NCBI GenBank assembly: GCA_038062015.1
Contig: JBBTXZ010000005.1
Coordinates: 24,215 to 88,214 of the forward strand
Origin: Patescibacteria group bacterium
GTDB taxonomy: Bacteria > Patescibacteriota > Minisyncoccia > 2-02-FULL-40-12
DNA: 64,000 bases
Direction of reading: 5' to 3'
The notes beneath the pieces were generated by a model, which worked only from the letters and a program-made list of their open reading frames with translations, was not told the DNA's origin and did not search any database. The position numbers and the translations under genes were made by a program. Of this stretch, positions 56,027 to 64,000 are shown piece after piece (the first letter of the stretch is position 1; each line of letters begins with the position of its first letter).

Positions 56027-58516
56027 GTGAATAGGCAAAATATCACTTTGGCTATTTTTGATGTCAGGCCGATTGATTCCAAAACTAAAAGGGTTAATTT
56101 CGAATTGATAGAAAGTTTAAGGCCGGAAATAAATCTAAAGGGGGAAAATAGAAAAAAGAAGCTTATCCCTAGTGAAGTCTCCTATTCGAATATTCTGCCC
56201 GTAAAAATAATTCCACCAGTTCTTGATGTCAAAGAAGAAGTCTTACAAGAATTACAAGCCAATCTTTCAGAGGGCATTGATTTTAATAAAGAAATTGAGC
56301 TATTCGGCGGCAGATTAGTAGATTCTCCAACTCGAATTCGGCCGAAATTGTCCTACTTGATATTTAAAAAGGATAAAAAGCCTGATTCCGATTATCTTAC
56401 TCAAGATAGTGAAAATTTAGATAAATTTAGAAAAGAATTTTCAAAGATATTTTCTGATTATCCGAAAGAAACCAAAGTCAATGGAGAGATAAAATTGATT
56501 TCGCCGCCTCCTTATCTGCCTTGGGGACCCGAAATAAATGTCAAAGAATCCAGGCCAGTTTTAAGTCTTTCACCGGCGGCCAGAGAATTAGATGCGGTGC
56601 TGGATACTTTTAGTAAAGCAGTAAAAAGCGAGCCAGCGCCCATTCCCTATAAGGCAGTTGAGGAGAAATCTTCAAAAGCCCTGATTTATTTTGCTTTAAG
56701 CGTGGCCTCTGTTTTTATTTTAACCTTTTTGTCGGTTGAATCTTTGAATTTAAAAAACAGCATTCTCCAGAGAAGCAATCAGGCTTACATAAATTTGAAC
56801 TCGGTTCAGGGTAATCTTTCCGAGTTCAATTTTTCCGGAGCGGCCAGTTCTTTTGCTTTAGCCGCAAGGAATTTTGAATTGATGCATGAGGATTTGAAAA
56901 AAGCCGGATCCGTTTTCAACGTTTTGGATAAAGTGACTCTTGGCGGGACCTCAAATGTTTCAAGTCTTCTTAAAGCCGGCGAGCTTATTTCCGGAGCCGC
57001 GGTCCAGCTCGCCGCCGCCTTAGAAAAAATTTCGGATGTGAATTTGATTTCAGTCATTCAATTCGATGCAAAAAATAACACGGAAACGAATATTTTGGAA
57101 GTTCTAAGGCAGTTTCGGATCAATTTGATCCAGGCATCTAGAAACTTAAATGAAGCCGATGCGTTAATTTCAAATTCAGATACGAGTTTAATCCCAGAGT
57201 CTGAAAGGAAAAGATTTGAAGAATTAAAGTTAAGTCTCTCGGAATTCAACGGTTTTATTGAAAAAGCGGTCCGTTACTCGGATGCTTTAATGTTTATGCT
57301 CGGCCAGTCCGGCCCTCAAAGATATATTGTTTTGTTCCAGAACACTTCCGAATTAAGGCCGACCGGAGGCTTCCCCGGTTCTTATGCTTTAATAGAGTTT
57401 AACAAAGGAACGATGGAAAAGTTTTTTGTCGACGATATTTACAATCCCGACGGCCAGATGAAGGAAAAAATAATTCCGCCCCGGCCTTTACAAAAAATCA
57501 CGCCTAACTGGGGTATGCGCGACGCCAATTGGTTCAGCGATTTTCCGGCTTCAGCCAAAAAAGTCGCCGAATTTTACTATAAAGATACCGGTATTTTAGT
57601 TGACGGAGTGATGGCGGTAAATGTTGATTTGATCCCCGAAATTCTGAAAATAACCGGTCCGATTGAGATGACTGACTATGGAATTGTTTTAGACTCTGAA
57701 AATTTCATCTTCGAAATTCAAAAAGAAGTTGAATATGAGAGGAGCAAAGGCGATGGCCAGCCCAAAAGAATTTTAGTTGATTTTGGGCCTAAGCTTTTAG
57801 AAAAACTATCAAGTTTAAGCCGCGATGACTGGATGAAAGTTTTTGCGGTTTTAGTGGCCGGACTTGAGAAAAAGGATATTTTAGGCTATTTTGCCGAGCC
57901 CCGGCTCGAGAATCTAGCTTTGGAGAATGGCTTTGCCGGAGAAATAAAAGAGGCCCAAAACTTTGATTATTTAATGATTGCTCATTCAAATATCATGGGT
58001 TCTAAGACCGACGCCGTAATTGATAATTTTGTTTCGTTGAATATAGAGAAATCGGAAAATGGCTTGGATCATACTTTGAAAATTGAAAGAAGGCATAACG
58101 GCGGCAATTTTGGTTTTTACAATAAGAAAAATAACGATTACGTGAGGGTCCTTTTGCCTGATGGTGCTGAATTGATTGAGGTAAGCGGGAATGATTCGTT
58201 TGAATCCAATCCTTTATTGGATTATCGACAAAATGGTTTTGTTTTTGATCCTGATTTAGAAAGGTATGAATCAAGAATCCAAAAAACAGGCAGTATAGAA
58301 ATTTTAAGCGAAGCCGGTAAAAAAGTTTTTGCCTTTTGGATGATTGTCGAACCGGGGCAGGCCAAGACAGTTAAAATAAAATACAAGACCCCAAATTCAG
58401 ACAGTATCTATATTCAAAAACAACCGGGCCTGAAGAGTAAATTCACTTTGATTCTCAACGGCAAAATTTTATTTGACGAAAGCCACTCTTTTGATAAGAA
58501 TATTGTTCTGGAGTGA
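56027..58516 (+). CDS. DUF4012-like membrane-anchored protein
   Basis: YIVLFQNTSELRPTGGFPGSY, RDANWFSDFP, DGVMAV, YIQKQPG. Confidence 0.82.
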   Translation: MNRQNITLAIFDVRPIDSKTKRVNFELIESLRPEINLKGENRKKKLIPSEVSYSNILPVKIIPPVLDVKEEVLQELQANLSEGIDFNKEIELFGGRLVDSPTRIRPKLSYLIFKKDKKPDSDYLTQDSENLDKFRKEFSKIFSDYPKETKVNGEIKLISPPPYLPWGPEINVKESRPVLSLSPAARELDAVLDTFSKAVKSEPAPIPYKAVEEKSSKALIYFALSVASVFILTFLSVESLNLKNSILQRSNQAYINLNSVQGNLSEFNFSGAASSFALAARNFELMHEDLKKAGSVFNVLDKVTLGGTSNVSSLLKAGELISGAAVQLAAALEKISDVNLISVIQFDAKNNTETNILEVLRQFRINLIQASRNLNEADALISNSDTSLIPESERKRFEELKLSLSEFNGFIEKAVRYSDALMFMLGQSGPQRYIVLFQNTSELRPTGGFPGSYALIEFNKGTMEKFFVDDIYNPDGQMKEKIIPPRPLQKITPNWGMRDANWFSDFPASAKKVAEFYYKDTGILVDGVMAVNVDLIPEILKITGPIEMTDYGIVLDSENFIFEIQKEVEYERSKGDGQPKRILVDFGPKLLEKLSSLSRDDWMKVFAVLVAGLEKKDILGYFAEPRLENLALENGFAGEIKEAQNFDYLMIAHSNIMGSKTDAVIDNFVSLNIEKSENGLDHTLKIERRHNGGNFGFYNKKNNDYVRVLLPDGAELIEVSGNDSFESNPLLDYRQNGFVFDPDLERYESRIQKTGSIEILSEAGKKVFAFWMIVEPGQAKTVKIKYKTPNSDSIYIQKQPGLKSKFTLILNGKILFDESHSFDKNIVLE

Positions 58517-60369
58517 TAAGTACCAGAAATTTTGTCATCATCGCTCACATAGACGCAGGCAAGTCCACTTTGGCGGATCGGTTTTTGGAATTAACCGGAA
58601 CAATTGAAAAAAGAAAGATGCAGGAGCAGTTTTTGGATATGCATCCTTTAGAAAGAGAACGGGGGATTACGATTAAACTTCAGCCGGTAAGGATGAATTA
58701 TGGTGATTATATTCTGAATTTGATTGATACTCCGGGCCATGTTGATTTTTATTATGAGGTTTCGCGATCTTTGGCTGCAGTTGAAGGAGCCATTCTTTTA
58801 ATAGATGCCACTAAAGGAATTCAGGCCCAGACCCTTTCAAACTATAATTTTGCCCTTAGGCAGGGCCTTACAATAATTCCAGTTATAAATAAAATTGACT
58901 TGCCTAACGCTCAAGTGGAAAAAATTGAAGAAGAAGTGATAAATTTAACCGGAGCAAAAAGAGAAGATATTTTTAAGATTTCAGCCAAAATAGGGACTGG
59001 GATTGAAGATGTTTTGAGAGCGGTGATAGAAAGAGTGCCGCCGCCGCGCTCAGCGCGGCTGTCTGGGACGCTAAGCGTCCCGCCCAAAGGGAAGGCCGAG
59101 TCTCTCCAAGCTCTTATTTTTGATTCAAAATTTGATACTTATAAAGGAATAATTGCCTATGTCAGAATTTTTAGCGGTAAGGTTAAGACTGGAGATAAAA
59201 TTAAATTTGCAGTTCAAAATCAAATTGCCGAAGCAATTGAAGTTGGTTATTTTAAACCGAATTTGGAAAAATCAGGAAGCTTGAATGATGGTGAAATCGG
59301 CTATATCGCTACTGGTTTGAAAGATATTTCTAGAGTCAGGGTTGGCGACACGATTATTTTAGCCGATTCTGACGCTTCAGCTTTGCCGGGCTATGAAGAG
59401 CCGAATCCTTTTGTTTTTGCCAGTTTGTATCCCCGCAATGCCAACGATTTCAGTTATCTTAGGGAATCTTTGGAAAAGTTAAAGCTTCAGGATTCTTCTT
59501 TGCGTTTTGAGCCGGAGCATTCCGATGCTTTGGGTCCGGGTTTCCGGTGCGGATTTCTAGGGATGCTTCATGCTGAAATTGTTTCAGAGCGGCTGAAAAG
59601 GGATTTTAGTTTGGATTTAATTATTACTTCGCCCTCGGTTGAGTACGAAGTAAAATTAAAAAGTAAAAATGACCCATCCGATAAAACTCAGGGTCATCCT
59701 GAGCGAAGTCGAACGGATGAAAAATTAAAAATTAAGTCTGCTTCGAAACTTCCGGATCCAAGTCAGATAGATATAATTTTAGAGCCGATGGTGGAAATTG
59801 AAATTTTGAGTCCAACCCAATACTTAGGGCAGATAATGAAACTGATGCCGGATTATCGGGCTCAGTATATTGAAACAAGTTATTTGAGTTCTGAAACCAT
59901 TATTTTAAAATACCACGTGCCTTTAGCCGAAATAATTATTGATTTTTATGACAAATTAAAAAGTATCAGCTCTGGTTTTGCTTCGATGAATTATAAATTT
60001 ACCGATTTTAAAGAATCTGACTTAGTTAAGTTAGATATTTTGATTGGTGGTGAGCCCGTCGAACCATTTTCGCGGATTGTGCCTCGTGAGAATTCTTATC
60101 AGGAAGGAAAAAGAGTGGTTGAAAAATTAAAAGAGATAATGCCGCCGCAATTATTCACTTTGGCTTTGCAGGCGGCGATTGGGGGTAAAATTATTGCGCG
60201 GGAAACGATTAATGCCCGCCGAAAAGACGTAACCGGTTATCTCTATGGCGGCGATGTGACCAGAAAGATGAAGCTTTTGAAGAAACAGAAACGCGGCAAG
60301 GAGCGGCTCAAAGAAAGTGGTCGCGTGGAAATTCCGCAAGAGGTTTATTTGGAGATACTTAAGAAATGA
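58513..60369 (+). CDS. lepA: Elongation factor 4
   Basis: [46 protein letters not shown]. Confidence 0.97.
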   Translation: MISTRNFVIIAHIDAGKSTLADRFLELTGTIEKRKMQEQFLDMHPLERERGITIKLQPVRMNYGDYILNLIDTPGHVDFYYEVSRSLAAVEGAILLIDATKGIQAQTLSNYNFALRQGLTIIPVINKIDLPNAQVEKIEEEVINLTGAKREDIFKISAKIGTGIEDVLRAVIERVPPPRSARLSGTLSVPPKGKAESLQALIFDSKFDTYKGIIAYVRIFSGKVKTGDKIKFAVQNQIAEAIEVGYFKPNLEKSGSLNDGEIGYIATGLKDISRVRVGDTIILADSDASALPGYEEPNPFVFASLYPRNANDFSYLRESLEKLKLQDSSLRFEPEHSDALGPGFRCGFLGMLHAEIVSERLKRDFSLDLIITSPSVEYEVKLKSKNDPSDKTQGHPERSRTDEKLKIKSASKLPDPSQIDIILEPMVEIEILSPTQYLGQIMKLMPDYRAQYIETSYLSSETIILKYHVPLAEIIIDFYDKLKSISSGFASMNYKFTDFKESDLVKLDILIGGEPVEPFSRIVPRENSYQEGKRVVEKLKEIMPPQLFTLALQAAIGGKIIARETINARRKDVTGYLYGGDVTRKMKLLKKQKRGKERLKESGRVEIPQEVYLEILKK

Positions 60370-63159
60370 TTAACTGCAAACTCCGGTGATTTCACCGCAG
60401 TTGCGGCAGAGGAGGCAAGTACCGGCCCGGTACATAATAAATCCGCATTTAGAGCAGAGAGGATTTTCAGTTGTTTCAGATAGAGCCAAAGCTGGTTGGA
60501 TATCTGGCTCTGATTCTGTTTGTTCTGTAAATTTAGCCATTATAGTTTCAAGGCCATTGTTGTTAAGGGCACTTGGCAGACCATTTTTTGTAACTGATTC
60601 AGTTTTTTCGTTTCTGGCATCGCCATCACGCTGAGCGTGACTACTGGAGACGTTTAGCGTCCCGTTTCCGGGAGCGGGCGTCCCGAAAACTTCAACTTTT
60701 TCTTCGTCGGTCAAAAACTTCGCGCCCAGATATTTAAAAATATAATCAACAATTGAACTGGCAAATGGAATATCTTTGTTGGCGGTCATACCCATCGGTT
60801 CAAAGCGCATATCTTTTAGTTTTTTAACCAGAACTTTGAGCGGAATGCCGTATTGCAAGGATACTGAAGTCAGGACCGCAATCGTGTCCATTAAGCCGGC
60901 CATGGTTGAACCTTCTTTAGCCATATTGATGAATGTTTCGCCGACTTTGTAATCTTCCGGGTAAAGCCCGACATTGATGTAGCCTTCGTGGCCGGTGATG
61001 GAAAATTTGTGATGTATTGCCGGCCGTTCATTGGGCAGGTAGCGCCGGATTAATTTCGGCAGTTTTATCTTCTTTTCTTCCTTTTCGGTGTTTAATGGTT
61101 GGACTGTTTTGGAGCCGTCCCGGTAAAAAGCCACAGCCTTGATCCTCAGTCTCCAGGCCTCGATAAAAGCATTAAAGATTTCTTCTTTGGTTGATTCGCG
61201 AGGCAGATTTACGGTTTTTGAAATTGCGCCGCTCACAAAGGGCTGGACCGCCCCCATCATTTTTAAATGGCCCATATAACTTATAGTTCTTGTTCCTTTA
61301 GCGGCCTTGAAAGAACAGTCAAAGACCGGCAGGTGTTCGTTTTTAATATGCGGCGCTCCTTCAATGGTGTCATTCCGGTCAATATAATCGGTTATTTCTT
61401 TTATTTGTTCATCGGTGTAATTGAGTTTCTTTAAAGCTCGCGAAACTTGGTTATTCACTAGTTTCAAAACTCCGCCGCCGACTAATTTTTTGTATTTAAT
61501 CAAAGCCAACTCCGGTTCAATGCCAGTGGTATCGCAGTCCATCATAAAAGCTATAGTGCCAGTGGGAGCAATGACGCTTACTTGAGAATTTCGATAGCCG
61601 AATTCATGGCCGTAAGCCAAAGCTTCATCCCAGGATCTTTGAGCTTCTTTAAGGAGTTCTTTTTGTTCGACTAAATTTTCATCAATCTTATAAGCCTCGT
61701 CGCGATGCATTTTAATTACGTTTAGCATCGGTTCTCTATTAATGGGATAGCCGTTGAAAGGCCCCTTATGTTTAGCTATTTCAGCCGAGAATTTGTATGC
61801 TTTGCCATTATATAGAGCCGAGATCGCTCCGGCCATAGCCCGACCCTTGTCAGAATCATAAGGCAGGCCTTGGGCCATTAAAAGGGAACCAAGGTTGGCA
61901 AAACCAAGACCGAGCTGGCGGAAATTCTTGGTATTTTGAGTGATTTTTTCGGTTGGGTAAGAAGAATTATCTACTAAAATATCCTGAGCCAGAATCATTA
62001 CATCAACCGCTTTTTTGAAAAGTTCGGTATCAAAATCTTCGTCATCTTTTAAGAATTTTAGAAGATTGAGCGAAGCTAAGTTACATGCAGAATTATCTAT
62101 ACTCATATATTCACTACATGGATTTGAGGCATTTATTCTACTTGTATTTGGAAGCGTGTGCCATCGATTTATTGTCGTATCATATTGCATTCCCGGATCA
62201 GCCGAGTGCCAAGCTGCGTCGGCGCACCATTCAAGCACTTGTCTGGCTTTTACTTTTTCCAAACTCTCGCCGTCTTTCACCGCTTTTAAATCCCAATCTT
62301 CATCATTCAAAACTTTTTCCATAAACTCATCAGTAACTCTGACGGAATTGTTTGCATTCTGGAAAGGCAGAGTGGTATAGATTGAAAAAAGCTTGCCTTC
62401 TATTGAAGTGTCATACTTTCCGGTCTGGGCCAGCACCCGCGACATTTCTTCCATAATGCGTTTGCAGTAAATGAAGTCTTTGATGTCAGGATGGTCGGCA
62501 TTGAGTACTACCATCTTGGCGGCGCGCCTTGTCCGGCCGCCTGACTTGATTGAATTGGCCACACCATCCGCTCCTTGCATAAAAGAAACCGGGCCAGAAG
62601 CAGTTCCGCCTTTAGATAAAGATTCTTTTGAAGAACGTAGATTGGAAATATTTATTCCTGAACCAGAACCATTTTTGAAAATTTTCCCTTCAACTGCATA
62701 CCAGTCATGAAGAATTGAATCCATGTCATCTTCAACCGAAAGGATAAAACAGGCCGAGGCCTGAAAGTTTTCAATTACGCCGACATTGAACCAGACCGGA
62801 CTATTAAAAGAAGCGTATTGATTAACTAATAACCATTTCAAGTCGTTTTCAAAATTCTGGGTGTTTTCGGCTGAATCAAAGTAGCCATCTTTTAAGCCTA
62901 AGCTGGAAATTGTTTTAGCCACCCGGCTGACTAGTTGTTTAACCGAATTTTCTCTTTCCGGAGAATTTTTTTTGCCGGAAAAATATTTTGAAGCGACAAT
63001 GTCAATCGCAGTCTGGGACCAAAAATCAGGAACCTCAACATTTTTCTGTTCAAAAATAATTCGGCCGTCTGATGAGCCGATTTTAGCGTCTCTCTTAACC
63101 CAGTTTATTTGGTCAAAGGGATCGCCTTGGGCGAATTTTGGTTGCCAGTTAAAAGCCAC
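60370..63159 (-). CDS. nrdJ: Class II (adenosylcobalamin-dependent) ribonucleotide reductase
   Basis: FNSPVWFN, SACFIL, NASNPCSEY, ACNLASLNL, APTGTI, ISKTVN, YRDGSK, C-terminal CxxC..CxxC. Confidence 0.94.
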   Translation of the reverse strand: MAFNWQPKFAQGDPFDQINWVKRDAKIGSSDGRIIFEQKNVEVPDFWSQTAIDIVASKYFSGKKNSPERENSVKQLVSRVAKTISSLGLKDGYFDSAENTQNFENDLKWLLVNQYASFNSPVWFNVGVIENFQASACFILSVEDDMDSILHDWYAVEGKIFKNGSGSGINISNLRSSKESLSKGGTASGPVSFMQGADGVANSIKSGGRTRRAAKMVVLNADHPDIKDFIYCKRIMEEMSRVLAQTGKYDTSIEGKLFSIYTTLPFQNANNSVRVTDEFMEKVLNDEDWDLKAVKDGESLEKVKARQVLEWCADAAWHSADPGMQYDTTINRWHTLPNTSRINASNPCSEYMSIDNSACNLASLNLLKFLKDDEDFDTELFKKAVDVMILAQDILVDNSSYPTEKITQNTKNFRQLGLGFANLGSLLMAQGLPYDSDKGRAMAGAISALYNGKAYKFSAEIAKHKGPFNGYPINREPMLNVIKMHRDEAYKIDENLVEQKELLKEAQRSWDEALAYGHEFGYRNSQVSVIAPTGTIAFMMDCDTTGIEPELALIKYKKLVGGGVLKLVNNQVSRALKKLNYTDEQIKEITDYIDRNDTIEGAPHIKNEHLPVFDCSFKAAKGTRTISYMGHLKMMGAVQPFVSGAISKTVNLPRESTKEEIFNAFIEAWRLRIKAVAFYRDGSKTVQPLNTEKEEKKIKLPKLIRRYLPNERPAIHHKFSITGHEGYINVGLYPEDYKVGETFINMAKEGSTMAGLMDTIAVLTSVSLQYGIPLKVLVKKLKDMRFEPMGMTANKDIPFASSIVDYIFKYLGAKFLTDEEKVEVFGTPAPGNGTLNVSSSHAQRDGDARNEKTESVTKNGLPSALNNNGLETIMAKFTEQTESEPDIQPALALSETTENPLCSKCGFIMYRAGTCLLCRNCGEITGVCS

Positions 63160-63235
63160 AATTTAGTATTCAAATAAAAATACAAACCTAACCCAATTTT
63201 AAGTTTTTGGGATGACGGGGTCAATGTTTATAACC

Positions 63236-63805
63236 TTAATATTCAACGCCTCGCTTTACCGGTCCAAATTTATATTTGATTTCCTTCATTTCTGTGGCGA
63301 TGTCGGCTAGGTATATGAATTTTTGGGGCGCGTTTCGGCCGGTAAGAATGATGTCAGTGCCTTGGGGCGCCTTTTTGAGTATTTTTAAGATATCGTTTTC
63401 AGAAATCAGTTTCAAACTGATGGCGACATTGACTTCGTCTAAAATTACAAGATCATATTTTTTGCTCAAAATTATTTTTTCAGCGAGCTTCAGAGTTTTT
63501 TGAGCCGCTTTTTTGTGGACTGAACGCGGAAGCCGGTCACCCATGATGCCGACAAAGCCTTTACCGCCTTTGATTATTTGAAAATTATAGAATTTTTTTA
63601 ATTCTTCTGTTAATTTTTTATTTTTGCTTTGTAATTTTGATTTTTGATTTTTAATTTTTGATATCAGGTAATCTTCTCCCGATACCCATGGTCCCTTGAT
63701 GAACTGGATCATTATAACTTTCTTGCCTTCGCCCAAAGCCCGGATGGCCTGGCCCAAAGCCGCAGTAGTCTTACCTTTGCCGTTACCGGTATAAACGATA
63801 ATCAT
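63236..63805 (-). CDS. cobO: Cob(I)alamin adenosyltransferase (CobA/CobO/BtuR)
   Basis: YTGNGKGKTTAALG, QFIKG, ILDEVN, ILTGRNAP. Confidence 0.92.
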   Translation of the reverse strand: MIIVYTGNGKGKTTAALGQAIRALGEGKKVIMIQFIKGPWVSGEDYLISKIKNQKSKLQSKNKKLTEELKKFYNFQIIKGGKGFVGIMGDRLPRSVHKKAAQKTLKLAEKIILSKKYDLVILDEVNVAISLKLISENDILKILKKAPQGTDIILTGRNAPQKFIYLADIATEMKEIKYKFGPVKRGVEY

Positions 63806-63837
63806 AAATGTTTGTTCAGGGAAACCGGCCCGCAACA

Positions 63838-64000
63838 CCAATTTCTTCTCTGAATTTTTTAGACAAATAATCTTCAGAGAGTTGTGTAGGTTGAGGATAG
63901 AGTATGTTTTTCGGGAAATTTAGGAGGCCGAAGTAGCACGGTAAGTCAAGATTGTTTAACGAAATCATGAAGTGATTTCTAGTCTTGACTTTACGAGGCC
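63838..64000. repeat. 44-bp repeat followed by partial copy of the 41271-41529 element (truncated by window edge)
   Basis: ccaatttcttctctgaattttttagacaaataatcttcagagag then gtgtag..ttgagga..aggaggccgaa..gcacggt..tcttgac..gaggcc. Confidence 0.75.

Noticed and set aside
63806-64000. Cobalamin riboswitch upstream of cobO-nrdJ
   Set aside because: No recognisable B12-box by eye; the sequence matches the dispersed repeat family instead. An Infernal search would settle it.

Overview
Chromosomal window of a Patescibacteria/CPR (Parcubacteria-like) bacterium. The assignment is inferred from no rpmD in the spc operon, split ComEC, alpha2-type GlyRS and a histidine-phosphatase domain inside IleRS. The window is mostly housekeeping: ileS, glyQS, metG, leuS, glyA, folD, parA, comEC, ndk, the str/S10/spc ribosomal cluster, secY-adk-map, tpiA, pgk, rnpB, lepA, nrdJ, cobO and two tRNAs. 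The strongest accessory signal is a diversity-generating retroelement (DGR) at about 51.7-54.25 kb. Its 107-bp VR/TR pair has 16 mismatches, all at TR adenines. The avd gene is antisense and overlaps the RT start head-to-head across a G10 tract that currently frameshifts avd, a candidate phase switch. A related gene that looks like a second DGR target, with a non-matching VR, lies 34 kb away. A second recurring pattern is single small genes dropped between conserved housekeeping genes and bracketed tightly by their own repeats: two PaaX/Cas2-like genes each between paralog-specific perfect palindromes, a GIY-YIG gene inside 21-bp inverted repeats, a deleted four-helix-bundle gene inside inverted heptamer arrays, a two-gene cassette between 56-bp duplications of the ndk 3' end, and a NUDIX gene between long foldbacks. 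There are also many empty copies of such repeats and REP-like palindromes inserted in frame into essential proteins. Product calls come from motif recognition only; no database searches were run.
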